DNA of 64,000 bases from Pseudomonadota bacterium (GTDB lineage: Bacteria > Bdellovibrionota > Bdellovibrionia > Bdellovibrionales > Bdellovibrionaceae): contig JBEGVH010000006.1 in NCBI GenBank assembly GCA_041178425.1, forward strand, positions 96,001-160,000, written 5' to 3'. The translations under genes and the position numbers were made by a program. Positions 50,927-60,941 of the stretch are shown here, piece by piece (the stretch's first letter is position 1; each line of letters begins with the position of its first letter). The notes under the pieces were generated by a model. It had not been told where the DNA came from, ran no database searches, and saw only the letters and a list, made by a program, of their open reading frames with translations.

Positions 50927-52863
50927 TGGTTTTTACTCTTGAGGGAAACTGCAGAAGAGCAATAGCTCTCTTGGAAGGCCTTAAACTCATAGCCATTGTT
51001 TCTTCGTGTGATGTTGATGGTAGGATCACTGAGGTCAATGAAAAATTTTGTCAAATCACGGGTTACTCTAAGCAAGAGCTGATTTGGAAGAATCATCGAA
51101 TCATCAATTCTGGGGTATTGCCCAAAGAGTTTTTTGAAAATATGTGGAATACAATCACCGCCGGTAAGGTTTGGCGAGGTGAAATATGCAATCGTAAAAA
51201 AAACGGCGAGCTGTATTGGGTAGATTCAACGATCATTCCGTTGATGAATGATCGTGGGGTGATTGAAGGGTATACTTCGGTACGGTTTGAAATAACACAA
51301 AGAAAAAAACTTGAAAAAAATCTTTTCGAACAGACTCAGAAACTTCAATTGGTTCTCGATAGCTCCAATTTTGGCACATGGGATTGGAATCCTCAAACGA
51401 ACGAAGTTTACTACGATCGTATGTGGTGCGATCAACTTGGGTTGAAGCTAGAAAATGTTGCGCAAGATATCTCGACGTGGCTTGATCGTGTTCATCCAGA
51501 AGATCGAGATTCTTGTTTTGCTGATATCAACGCCCATACTAGTGGACTTTCACCCCATTACGAGAATGTTCATCGAATGCAACATGCCAATGGTCAATGG
51601 GTTTGGGTTTTGGATCGTGGAAAAATTGTTAGTCGAGACTCTCAAGGAAACCCCACTCGCTTTATAGGAACTCATGCGGATATTACCAGGCAGAAAGCAA
51701 AAGAAATAGAATACAAAAGAAATCTCGAGACCAAGTCGGCTATCCTCAGAAGTGCTCGATTTGCCATTATTTCTACCGATGTCAGTGGGGTGATAAATGG
51801 TTTTAATGCGGGGGCTGAGCGAATTCTTGGTTACAGGTCTGAAGAAATGATTGGACTTTGCTCACCTTTATTATTTCATTCGATGGAGGAAATGGTCAGT
51901 TGCGCACAAGCGCTATCGAACCGATTAGGTTATAAAGTGCCACCGGATTTTCAATTGTTTAGTGAACTTTCTAAACTAGATGATGCTAATGATCGCCAAT
52001 GGACCTACGTTGGAAAAAACGGGCAGCGAGTTCAGGTCCGATTGAGTGTTACCCCGCTCCACGATACCGATGGGTCCATCAATGGCTACCTTGGAATTGC
52101 TAAAGATCTAACTGAAGAGCTTGCCACACAACGCACGATTGAGCTTCAAAGAGCGAATCTCGTTTCCTCCTCGAGAATGGCAGCATTAGGAGAGATGGCC
52201 GCTGGTATTGCCCATGAGGTGAATAATCCTCTCGCGATCATTGCCGGAAAGGCAGATGTTTTGCTGCAGGTTATTGCCAAGCAAAGAGAGGTCTCCCCTG
52301 AAAAAATAAAAGAGTCTCTCGAAAAAATAAGTGTTGCGGCCTGGCGGGCATCGAAGATTATTTCGAGTTTAAAAAGTTTGGCTAGAAATGCTGAACGTGA
52401 CCCAAAAACAGTTTTAAACTTTGAGGACGTCCTTTCAGAAGCGCTAGGACTTTGCTCTGAAAAATTCAAACACAATGGAATAGAGCTTCGGGTGGTCGTT
52501 TCAAAGGGAGCTGCCTTTGAGGGGAGAGCTGTTCAGATTGCTCAAATAATCACGAACATTTTAAACAATGCCTTTGATGCGGTGTTGCCTCAGGCTGATA
52601 AATGGGTAGAAATCAGAGTAAAGAAAATGGTGAATAAAATAAAAATACTATTTATTGATTCTGGGCCTGGCATTCCTCAGGACGTTCAGAAAAAGTTAAT
52701 GCAGCCTTTTTTTACCACCAAAGAGGTTGGGCGAGGAACTGGACTGGGCTTGAGTATCTCGAGAAAGATTGCTGAAGAACACGGTGGTGATCTCTATTTT
52801 GATTCGAGCAATCCGAACACTTGTTTTGTGCTCGAATTACCCGCTTATAAAAATAACCATTAA
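50926..52863 (+). CDS. Cytoplasmic multi-PAS sensor histidine kinase
   Basis: Three PAS/PAC units; H-box 'IAHEVNNPL'; 'NAFDA', 'DSGPG', 'PFFTTK', 'GTGLGL'; no TM. Confidence 0.92.
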   Translation: MVFTLEGNCRRAIALLEGLKLIAIVSSCDVDGRITEVNEKFCQITGYSKQELIWKNHRIINSGVLPKEFFENMWNTITAGKVWRGEICNRKKNGELYWVDSTIIPLMNDRGVIEGYTSVRFEITQRKKLEKNLFEQTQKLQLVLDSSNFGTWDWNPQTNEVYYDRMWCDQLGLKLENVAQDISTWLDRVHPEDRDSCFADINAHTSGLSPHYENVHRMQHANGQWVWVLDRGKIVSRDSQGNPTRFIGTHADITRQKAKEIEYKRNLETKSAILRSARFAIISTDVSGVINGFNAGAERILGYRSEEMIGLCSPLLFHSMEEMVSCAQALSNRLGYKVPPDFQLFSELSKLDDANDRQWTYVGKNGQRVQVRLSVTPLHDTDGSINGYLGIAKDLTEELATQRTIELQRANLVSSSRMAALGEMAAGIAHEVNNPLAIIAGKADVLLQVIAKQREVSPEKIKESLEKISVAAWRASKIISSLKSLARNAERDPKTVLNFEDVLSEALGLCSEKFKHNGIELRVVVSKGAAFEGRAVQIAQIITNILNNAFDAVLPQADKWVEIRVKKMVNKIKILFIDSGPGIPQDVQKKLMQPFFTTKEVGRGTGLGLSISRKIAEEHGGDLYFDSSNPNTCFVLELPAYKNNH

Positions 52864-55800
52864 TGAATACTTGGTTCGATTTCTTTTTTGCTCGAGTGAC
52901 CAACTTCCAGTTCGACGTGTTTATTGGAGTTCGAGGTAATCATCTTTGATCCCACATTGCGAATCATCCAGCGTCGAGCTCTCTCGATATAGCTAAACAC
53001 AGCGGGCATCAGTATGAGCGTCAAAATCGTTGAAATGATCACTCCACCGACAACTGCAATACCCAGTGATTTTCTCTGCGAAGAAGCTTCGTTGAGCCCG
53101 ATGGCAACGGGCATCATGCCCGCAATGAGTGCCAAGGTGGTCATTAGAATCGGACGCAATCTCGTTTTGCACCCTTCAACAATAGCCGTATTGAGCTCCA
53201 CGCCTTCCTGAAGTTTTTGATTTATATAGTCAATCAGAATGATCGAGTTTTTGGTGGCGAGTCCCATAAGCATGATACATCCAATCATCGAGAATAAATC
53301 AAGGGTGGAGTGCATGACAAAGAGCCCGAAAAAACCACCGAAAATCGCGAAGGGAATAACCAACATAATCGCAAAAGGAGTAACAATCGACTCATACAGA
53401 GAGGCCAGTACGAGAAAGATAAACACAATGGCTAAAAGACCTGCGTTGATCATACTCACGCCGAGTTCTTGAAAGTTCTCAGCCTGCCCCACGAACCGAT
53501 AAGTAACACCCTCAGGAAGTTGAACTTCACCAGAGGCAAACATCGCCTTAATGTCTTGGATAGCGCCTCCCATTCCAGGGCCTTTAGGATTTACGTCGGC
53601 TTCGATACTGACATATCGACCTCGATTTTCACGGTTGATAGTGGCAAAGCCTACCTCTTTTGTGTAGCTGGCAAAATCTCTGACGTAAACCGGGCGATAA
53701 TTAAGATTCGGTACGGTCACCACGGGAAAGAATTTTTCGAGATCTCGTTGGTCTTCTTGGAGTTTCACTCGAATGTCATATTCGAGGCCTTTTTCTCTAA
53801 ACTTGGAGGCCACCACTCCCTCCACTTGAGCGCGCAACTCACCGCCCACCATCAGCGGGGTGACTCCGTAGGACTGCGCTTTCTCCTTATCGATCGAAAT
53901 TTGAAACTCGGGGAGACCTGGCTTATCAGAGATCTCTGGATCAATTAGAGCCTTATGATTTTTAAGTTTTTCGAAAAGCTTTTGAGAGACTTCCCGCACT
54001 TGAGCGAGATCTTGGCCCACGATATTAATCACAAACGGACGTTGCCCAGCACCCACAAAATCAACGTCTTTCACCTTAGGCTTTGCGTAGGCGTATTTTT
54101 TTAACATGTCTCGGGTTTCTTCTTTGACCTGGCTGGTAGTTTTCGTACGTTTCCCGAAGGGTGTCAGTTTAACGTAGATGTCTCCCACATAGGAGCGTCC
54201 GCTGGTGTCGCCAACAGTCACGAGCATTAGATCAACAGTAGGATTTTGTTTAATGTCTTTTTCAACGTCTTGAATCAGCGTGGTCATTTTATCAATCGTG
54301 CTTCCGGGGTCTAGCTCGAGTGCCACCGTGAATTCACCAGAATCGTTCGTCGGTATAAAGGTCTTGGGAATAAAAATTACGCTTGAAGCAAGTCCTACAA
54401 TGAGGACCGAGAGTGCCGCGAGAGTCAAAAAAGGACGTTGCAAAACACCTTTAATCAGTTTTTCGTACCCGTTTTCGAGGGAGTTTTGCAAACGATCGAA
54501 GAGAACAAGCACCGAAAAGATTGGTCGTTTCCAGTTGAGGGGTTTACCATTGAGTGTTTCATGGCTTCCACCAAAATAAGCAGAGAGCATTGGAGCATTA
54601 GAAAGTGCATCAAAGAGGCTAATGATCATCACAAAACACACGCCAAGACCAAATGACTTAAAAAACTGTCCTACCACACCAGATAGAAAGGCAATCGGTG
54701 CGAACACGGCGAGAACAGCGAGGGTAACAGCAAGAACGGCTACACCCACCTCGGCGGTTCCATCAAGGGCGGCTTGAGACGGGGATTTTCCCATTTCTAG
54801 GTGCCGAAAAATATTCTCTCGCACCACAATCGCGTCATCGATGAGAAGACCTACTGCCAAGGAAAAAGCCAAGAGAGACATGATATTAATTGTGAGACCA
54901 ACGGCAGCAAAGAGTGCAAAGGAGCCAATCAGTGACACAGGAATCGCAAAGCCGGTGATGATCGTTGAACGGGTCGAGCCTAAGAAAAGATAAACAACCA
55001 GGATCGTTAAAATAATTCCAAAAATAATCGACTCGCCCACATCGACCACATTGGCCCAAATAAATTTGGTAGCATCGCGAATAATAATGACTTTGGTGTC
55101 TTTGCCATAAACTCTAGAGAGTTCTTCGTTGATTTTATCGAGCTTCTTATAGATATCTTTTGCCACGGCGACAGTGTTTGTGCCTGACTGTTTATAGATA
55201 TTGAGAAAGAGACTCTTTTCGCCGTTAAGATAAACCCGTAAGCGTTCAGTTTCTAAGGTGTCAGTGACAGTTCCGATATCTGAGACTTTAGTAACGGCAT
55301 CGTTTCCATAGAAGCTCACAATTGAGTTTTTAATCTGATCGAGGGAGTTAAATTCTCCCAAAGTACGAAAGACCATTTCTGATTCAGCTTGGTCGATTTT
55401 TCCAGCCGGAACATTCTGACCGCTATTTTTTAAAGCGCCTGCAATTTGTGTGACTGAGAGTTCCCGCGCCTTCATTCGATCGCGATTAACTTGTACCTGA
55501 ATTTCCCTTTTTCTTCCCCCAATAATTTCAACCAAACCAACCTGATTGACTTGCTCGAGAAGGGGCTTGATTTTCTCACTCGCTAGGTCAAAGAGCTCTC
55601 CCCCTTCGAGCTTAGAATCTAACGCCATCACCATGATTGGTTGGGCGGAAGGATCTAGTCGACGTATAATTGACTCTTCGAGGCCATCGGGCAATCGTCG
55701 TTTAACACTGGCTACTTTGTCCCGCACTTGCTGTTCAGCGTACTTGATATCCATACTGAGATTAAATTCGCAAATGACAAAACTCACCGATTCTCGGTTG

Positions 55801-56048
55801 ACCGAGCGAATATTTTTAATGCCCGCAATTGAAGAGAGTTCCTCTTCGATGGGTTTTGATACAAGTGTTTCAATTTCATTTGGCCCTGCCCCGGGGTACA
55901 AGGTTTGCACAGTGACCACTGGAAAGTTGATATCCGGAAAGAGTTCTACCGGAATATTCTTGAAGGCAAAGTAACCAACAGTCATGAGGGCCGCAAGCAC
56001 CGACGACATAAAAATCGGTCGTTTAATTGAGATTTCCCAAATTTTCAT
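52860..56048 (-). CDS. RND (AcrB/AcrD/AcrF family) efflux permease
   Basis: 'IKRPIF', 'YPGAGP..IE', 'GLLIDDAIVV.EN', 'KNSILI', 'RLRPILMTT'. Confidence 0.95.
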   Translation of the reverse strand: MKIWEISIKRPIFMSSVLAALMTVGYFAFKNIPVELFPDINFPVVTVQTLYPGAGPNEIETLVSKPIEEELSSIAGIKNIRSVNRESVSFVICEFNLSMDIKYAEQQVRDKVASVKRRLPDGLEESIIRRLDPSAQPIMVMALDSKLEGGELFDLASEKIKPLLEQVNQVGLVEIIGGRKREIQVQVNRDRMKARELSVTQIAGALKNSGQNVPAGKIDQAESEMVFRTLGEFNSLDQIKNSIVSFYGNDAVTKVSDIGTVTDTLETERLRVYLNGEKSLFLNIYKQSGTNTVAVAKDIYKKLDKINEELSRVYGKDTKVIIIRDATKFIWANVVDVGESIIFGIILTILVVYLFLGSTRSTIITGFAIPVSLIGSFALFAAVGLTINIMSLLAFSLAVGLLIDDAIVVRENIFRHLEMGKSPSQAALDGTAEVGVAVLAVTLAVLAVFAPIAFLSGVVGQFFKSFGLGVCFVMIISLFDALSNAPMLSAYFGGSHETLNGKPLNWKRPIFSVLVLFDRLQNSLENGYEKLIKGVLQRPFLTLAALSVLIVGLASSVIFIPKTFIPTNDSGEFTVALELDPGSTIDKMTTLIQDVEKDIKQNPTVDLMLVTVGDTSGRSYVGDIYVKLTPFGKRTKTTSQVKEETRDMLKKYAYAKPKVKDVDFVGAGQRPFVINIVGQDLAQVREVSQKLFEKLKNHKALIDPEISDKPGLPEFQISIDKEKAQSYGVTPLMVGGELRAQVEGVVASKFREKGLEYDIRVKLQEDQRDLEKFFPVVTVPNLNYRPVYVRDFASYTKEVGFATINRENRGRYVSIEADVNPKGPGMGGAIQDIKAMFASGEVQLPEGVTYRFVGQAENFQELGVSMINAGLLAIVFIFLVLASLYESIVTPFAIMLVIPFAIFGGFFGLFVMHSTLDLFSMIGCIMLMGLATKNSIILIDYINQKLQEGVELNTAIVEGCKTRLRPILMTTLALIAGMMPVAIGLNEASSQRKSLGIAVVGGVIISTILTLILMPAVFSYIERARRWMIRNVGSKMITSNSNKHVELEVGHSSKKEIEPSIH

Positions 56049-56057
56049 AGCAGCTCC

Positions 56058-57476
56058 CTACCTAAATAGGCTCAGTGAATTAATAAACTTTCGTAGTTCG
56101 CGTTCCGTATTGATGCGCTGGTTTCTGGTATTAACATAGTCTTGTTCGAAGTTCAGAACCTGATAGGTGGTTGATCGTCCGTTATTGTATTTTTCTCGTT
56201 CCAGATTAGCCTTATTCTTTTGAATAACCTCGAGGTTATAAATAATTTTTAATTGGCTTGCGAGGGCCTCGGCCTGATCGACTGTATTTTTCCATTGAAG
56301 AGTTTCAGTTCTCGCACGAACCTTCTCAGCTAAAACCTGGCTCTGTTGAAGTTGTTCATAACCCTGCTTCGAGTCATTGAGGTTCCCGATGTCGATAGGC
56401 ATCGAGAATTGAACGGCGAACATATAAGAATCTTTTTTCTCGCGAAAAACGTTGGATTGGGCAACTCCAAACTCCGTGTCTCGACCCTGCCTTAAGTAAG
56501 AGGCGTTTAAGTTTATGTTGGGCTTATTTTTTTCCTTTTGAATTTGATACCCCGCCTCCGTGGCGTTGATATTTTCTTTTTCGATTTCAAGATCCATTCT
56601 CTGTTTGTGTTGAGATTTACTGAGTTCGAGATTTTTAAGGTCGATGTCTTCCATTATCAAATCAAAATCAACGGATTCCTCTTTTTTTTCTAAAAAAGCA
56701 TTAAATGTGCGTGAGGCCTCTTTTAATCTCATCTCTGCGTTCACAAGATCTATTTTTCGAGCAGCAACGAGGGCCTGAATTTGGTACACATCACCCTGGT
56801 CGGCTAGGTTTCGTGAGAATCTCGATTTGGCCCAGCCAAGAATTTTTTCAGCTCTTGCCAGGGAGTCTTTTTGGATTTCAAAATTCTGTTGCTGGGTTGC
56901 TAAGTTTATATAAGCTTCTTTGATTTCGTTCTCTTTTTGTATAAAGGATAGCTCGTTTCGCAACGTCTGCATTTTTAACTGAGCTGCCAGTTGTTTTTTG
57001 GTCGCTTGAATCTCGTTGCCCATCCAGTCGCGCCAAAGCGGAATAGATAATTCAAGTTTAGGGTAGGCATCAAAGTATTCGGGTTGTGGAAGCAAGGTTG
57101 CATTTTGAATGTTTGTGTAGGAGTAGTTTTGCGTAAGACTCCAGCTTAAGCCCAGCAGGGATTTTTGTTGGAATCCGAAGGCGTAACTTTTATTGATGGT
57201 TTTAGTTCCTGCGAAGGCCGGGTTTACGGTCGGGCGTCCATCGGAAAGATAAGAGCTATTTGCGATCAGGTTAACACTCGTCAGCAGTTCAGAGTTGTTC
57301 TTTGTTTTTATAGACCCCTCTTTAGCCATTTGAGCGGACTTCCATGAAGGATCGCTGGCTTGAGCCCATTCGATGTATTGTTTTAGTGTTATGGCCGTTC
57401 GCGAGGACGGTGGAGGTGTTGCCAATCCTACAGAGCCTACGAAAGCAAAAGAGAGAGGTAAGATTTTTTTTATCAT
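56058..57476 (-). CDS. TolC-family outer membrane efflux protein
   Basis: Signal peptide; two OEP repeats ('LELSIPLW', 'FSMPI', 'YNNGRST'). Confidence 0.85.
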   Translation of the reverse strand: MIKKILPLSFAFVGSVGLATPPPSSRTAITLKQYIEWAQASDPSWKSAQMAKEGSIKTKNNSELLTSVNLIANSSYLSDGRPTVNPAFAGTKTINKSYAFGFQQKSLLGLSWSLTQNYSYTNIQNATLLPQPEYFDAYPKLELSIPLWRDWMGNEIQATKKQLAAQLKMQTLRNELSFIQKENEIKEAYINLATQQQNFEIQKDSLARAEKILGWAKSRFSRNLADQGDVYQIQALVAARKIDLVNAEMRLKEASRTFNAFLEKKEESVDFDLIMEDIDLKNLELSKSQHKQRMDLEIEKENINATEAGYQIQKEKNKPNINLNASYLRQGRDTEFGVAQSNVFREKKDSYMFAVQFSMPIDIGNLNDSKQGYEQLQQSQVLAEKVRARTETLQWKNTVDQAEALASQLKIIYNLEVIQKNKANLEREKYNNGRSTTYQVLNFEQDYVNTRNQRINTERELRKFINSLSLFR

Positions 57477-58111
57477 TTCATTATTCCTTCTAAAAAAAGC
57501 TCTGAAATAAAATCGATGAGTTTATTTTTATCGCGAGGAAGTTTAATATCAACTCGGACTGGCGTGAGACCACATTCGTGGGCCAGTAAAAATCCGTGAA
57601 TAGCTTCGATAGCAATCCCAATAAATAACTCAGGCCTAAAGTCGGATCGGATAATCTTTTTTTGTTTTGCCTCCTCAAACATTTTTACCACTTCTTTGGC
57701 AATGGGCTCGGTGTATTTTGCTTGGATCTCTTTTGCCAGTGACATTTCGTTCAGCTTTTCTCGTTGTAAAAGGCGGGTAATCTCGGGATTGCTGATCTTC
57801 ATATCGACCATAAAAGAAATTAGTGATCTCATATTGGAACGGAAAGTTTTGGCTGTTAGGGCTGTCTTAGCGTTTACTTCTAAAATCTGTGAAGCTCCGA
57901 GGGTCGCTTCTTTTAGGAACTCAGTTAGAAGTGTTTTGTATAAGCCTTCTTTGCCACCAAAATAGTAACTAATCATTGAAATGTTTTGTCCGGAGGCCTT
58001 GGCGAGTTCTCTCACAGACACGGCATGATAACCTTTCTGTGAAAAGAGTTTTAACGCCGACTGAAGAATTTCTTTTCTCGCTTGAAGAGTTAACTTTTGA
58101 TCTTGCGTCAT
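57473..58111 (-). CDS. TetR/AcrR-family regulator
   Basis: 'ILQSALKLFSQKGY..VSVRELAK..G...SMISYYFGGKEGLY'. Confidence 0.92.
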   Translation of the reverse strand: MTQDQKLTLQARKEILQSALKLFSQKGYHAVSVRELAKASGQNISMISYYFGGKEGLYKTLLTEFLKEATLGASQILEVNAKTALTAKTFRSNMRSLISFMVDMKISNPEITRLLQREKLNEMSLAKEIQAKYTEPIAKEVVKMFEEAKQKKIIRSDFRPELFIGIAIEAIHGFLLAHECGLTPVRVDIKLPRDKNKLIDFISELFLEGIMK

Positions 58112-58118
58112 GGTTAAG

Positions 58119-58175
58119 AAGCTAAATCAAACGTTCGTTTAATGCAATTTTATTTTAAACGAACGTTTGATTTAG
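58119..58175 (-). promoter_or_regulatory. tetR promoter (TTGCAT-N17-TAGCTT) with twin operators in a 21-bp perfect inverted repeat
   Basis: CTAAATCAAACGTTCGTTTAA (58122-58142) and TTAAACGAACGTTTGATTTAG (58155-58175). Confidence 0.8.
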
Positions 58176-58366
58176 GATCATTTTAAGATTTTTGTTTTCA
58201 AGTCGTAATATGGCTCCTTGCGCTAAAACATTTGATTGGTCTGAGGTGTATCAAAATGGTTGTCTTTCATTTTGCCCTGCACCTAAGGCGTGTTCATCGC
58301 GCGCCTGAAGGTCCCAACTTGCCTCAGTTGTTTTCTGGCGTGAAAATTAACAAGACTGGAGGCCTC

Positions 58367-58828
58367 ATGAATCTTTCGATGCTTAAATCAATCTATCTAT
58401 TCAACGAATTTTCTGAAGACGATCTAAAGAAAATAGCGGCAACGGGAATTGAAAAAACGATTGTTGCAGGCCAAGAAATTTTTTCGGTCGGACAAGAAGC
58501 CTCGGCTTTTTACGTGGTTCTTATGGGTTCGGTAAAGTTAACGGTGAATTCGGGAAGTGGCGACGAGATACAGATTCGCACTTTAGGATCTGGAGCCCAT
58601 TTTGGAGAAATGCCCCTGATTGATGGCGAAAAGAGATCAGCCTCGGTGCAGGCGGTTGAAACTTGTCATGTGCTAGAAATTCCCTATGGCAAGCTACTTG
58701 CTCTCTTTGAGAAAGATCTTTCCGTGGCCTGTCGCTTTTATCGATCAGCGGCTAAATTTATGGCCATTCGACTGAGAGCCACAACGAATGATCTCAATCA
58801 ATTAAAAGAAATTAAATTCCAGCATTGA
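58367..58828 (+). CDS. Stand-alone cyclic-nucleotide-binding domain protein
   Basis: 'FYVVLMGSV', 'HFGEMPLIDGEKRSASV'; no HTH. Confidence 0.85.
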   Translation: MNLSMLKSIYLFNEFSEDDLKKIAATGIEKTIVAGQEIFSVGQEASAFYVVLMGSVKLTVNSGSGDEIQIRTLGSGAHFGEMPLIDGEKRSASVQAVETCHVLEIPYGKLLALFEKDLSVACRFYRSAAKFMAIRLRATTNDLNQLKEIKFQH

Positions 58829-58873
58829 TCCCGTAAAAACCAGGGGCTTTGTCATGTCCCTGGGGATGCGAGC

Positions 58874-60031
58874 CTATTTTGAATTTTGGAACGCAAAGCG
58901 TGGATCGAGCTTTATGACTTCAGCATCGACCAGATACGACTCGATTTTTTTGAATCTCTCAGCATCTAACTGTGAAACGAAGGTGATCGCCTGGCCGCTT
59001 CGTCCTGCACGAGCCGTGCGGCCGATACGGTGAAGAAAATCCTCCGGTTCGTAAGGAAGATCAACGTTAATTACGGTTCCTATTTCGGGGATATCCAGGC
59101 CGCGAGCGAGCAGGTCGGTCGAAACCAAGATTCTGTTTGCACCCTCTCTGAATTCACGCACTACGCGATTGCGATGTCCTTGGACCATGTCGCCATGAAT
59201 GAAGTCACTTTTCACTCCGTTATATTGAAGGTACTGACCAATCTCTTCACATCGACTCTGATCGGCAGCAAAGATGATGACCGACTTTTTGGTTTTTTTG
59301 AGTTCAATGAGGAGTTGATCGTTCTTTTGGTTCTTTCTCATAAAAATCACGGTTTGTTTAAGCTTTGCTACCGGTGATTCAGCTTGGTTCCCTCGCAAAA
59401 GGTAGGGGGGCGACTGAAAAAAACCAGTCGATAGTTTTTCAACGGAGGCATTGACGCTGGCAGAAAACATAAGGGTTTGCCATTGTCCACGGAGAGTCGC
59501 CCGAATCTTTTCAAGCTGTGGCGCAAAACCCATATCGAGCATACGATCGGCTTCATCAATCACAATGTGTTCAACGCCCTTAAGGAGAAGCTTGTTTGTG
59601 TGTAAGTGGTCGAGCATGCGTCCTGGCGTGGCAACAATGAGTCGTGGGAGTTTGCGAAGAGCGCTCACTTGTTTATCGTTCGGAGTTCCGGCAGTCACGA
59701 GAACAGGCTCAATTTCCGTTAAAAGCGAAAGATCAGAAAATACCTTGTGGATTTGTTGAGCCATCTCGCGACTGGGCGCAAAGGCTATGGCTCGGCTGGT
59801 GGGTTTTTTTGTTAAGGCCGCCAAAACCGGAAGAACGAAAGCCATCGTTTTACCACTGCCTGTTTGGGCGATGCCGATGAGATTATGGCCTTCGAGCGCA
59901 AGAGGAATGGCTCTCGCCTGAATTTCTGTGGGTTTTTTTATTCCACGGTGTTGAATGAATCGAACGATATCTTCAGCGAGCCCCATATCTTCGAATGAAT
60001 TAATTGATATATCAGATGTTTTTAATTCCAT
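58874..60031 (-). CDS. DEAD-box RNA helicase
   Basis: Q motif, 'AQTGSGKT', 'TPGR', 'DEADRMLDMGF', 'ARGLD', 'HRIGRTARAG'. Confidence 0.95.
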   Translation of the reverse strand: MELKTSDISINSFEDMGLAEDIVRFIQHRGIKKPTEIQARAIPLALEGHNLIGIAQTGSGKTMAFVLPVLAALTKKPTSRAIAFAPSREMAQQIHKVFSDLSLLTEIEPVLVTAGTPNDKQVSALRKLPRLIVATPGRMLDHLHTNKLLLKGVEHIVIDEADRMLDMGFAPQLEKIRATLRGQWQTLMFSASVNASVEKLSTGFFQSPPYLLRGNQAESPVAKLKQTVIFMRKNQKNDQLLIELKKTKKSVIIFAADQSRCEEIGQYLQYNGVKSDFIHGDMVQGHRNRVVREFREGANRILVSTDLLARGLDIPEIGTVINVDLPYEPEDFLHRIGRTARAGRSGQAITFVSQLDAERFKKIESYLVDAEVIKLDPRFAFQNSK

Positions 60032-60261
60032 AGTTAAACTCCGATCGGGCCTTGGTGTCTGTTGAATTGCTAAGAGGCTCTGGTGTACCTCGAAGAAGAA
60101 TGAAAGGGGTAGCACGAAATAGGAGATGGAACCGAAAAAGATGTAGTTTTTTTCATTGATTTACATTCTTTCAACTCCGATGACGCTTCTTGATCCTTGC
60201 CGCAAAGTGATGTCTTTTACGATGAGAAATCAAAGAGATTTAAGGGGATTTTGGGGGTTGT

Positions 60262-60840
60262 ATGGTGAGATCGGTGTCTTTCGTTCTTTTGACGAGTCTT
60301 TTGGGTTTGGCGTCTGGTGCTCAGAGTAAAACGATTGGCTTTCGTGAAGGCCAGGAATTGCAAATGGTGAAGCGAAGCGGGGTGGTAAGGTACTCGTGCA
60401 ATAGGGGATACTTTGATGAACCTCAACAACGACTCTGCTCTTCGAAAACGATCTCTCCTGGCAATGGGGGCTACTTTTACCATCCACCACTCGCCAAAGG
60501 AAATGCAGTCAAGTTAACAGTTCTTCATGCTGAGGGGCCAAGAACCCAAATGCGGGGTTGGAATCGTATCACCGGAGAAACCCTCGACACCTTTGAACTT
60601 TTAAATTTTAACCTCGAGCGTCGCTCGTTGTTGGCTCTAGGTAAAAACAAAATTACTTATCAGATCATACAAAAAGAGGAGGTCGTGGCCTCTGGATCTT
60701 TTGAGGTAACAGTGACTGAGAAAATTGAGAAATGTGCTTCAAGGTATTTAGGTGTTTCGAACGGCTGGGATTATTATCGCTGTATTCACGATGAAAGAAT
60801 CTGCAAAGAGTATCTCGAGGACTTTGCGGGGTGCCAGTAA
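60262..60840 (+). CDS. Secreted Cys-containing hypothetical protein
   Basis: Signal peptide, six Cys. Confidence 0.65.
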   Translation: MVRSVSFVLLTSLLGLASGAQSKTIGFREGQELQMVKRSGVVRYSCNRGYFDEPQQRLCSSKTISPGNGGYFYHPPLAKGNAVKLTVLHAEGPRTQMRGWNRITGETLDTFELLNFNLERRSLLALGKNKITYQIIQKEEVVASGSFEVTVTEKIEKCASRYLGVSNGWDYYRCIHDERICKEYLEDFAGCQ

Positions 60841-60880
60841 CAGCAGAGCATCAATAACAAGGTTTCAAAGCTGGATTGAT

Positions 60881-60917
60881 AAAAAAAAGCCCCGACTGAA
60901 CGTTGGGGCTTTTTTTT
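60881..60917. terminator. Bidirectional intrinsic terminator
   Basis: A8-GCCCCGAC-tgaac-GTTGGGGC-T8 between convergent genes. Confidence 0.85.
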
Positions 60918-60941
60918 ATGTAAAGATAGTTGAATCGCTTA

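Noticed and set aside
58840..58863. Hairpin containing CAGGGAC as a dispersed RAYT substrate
   Set aside because: Single short match between convergent genes; adequately explained as a terminator-like hairpin.
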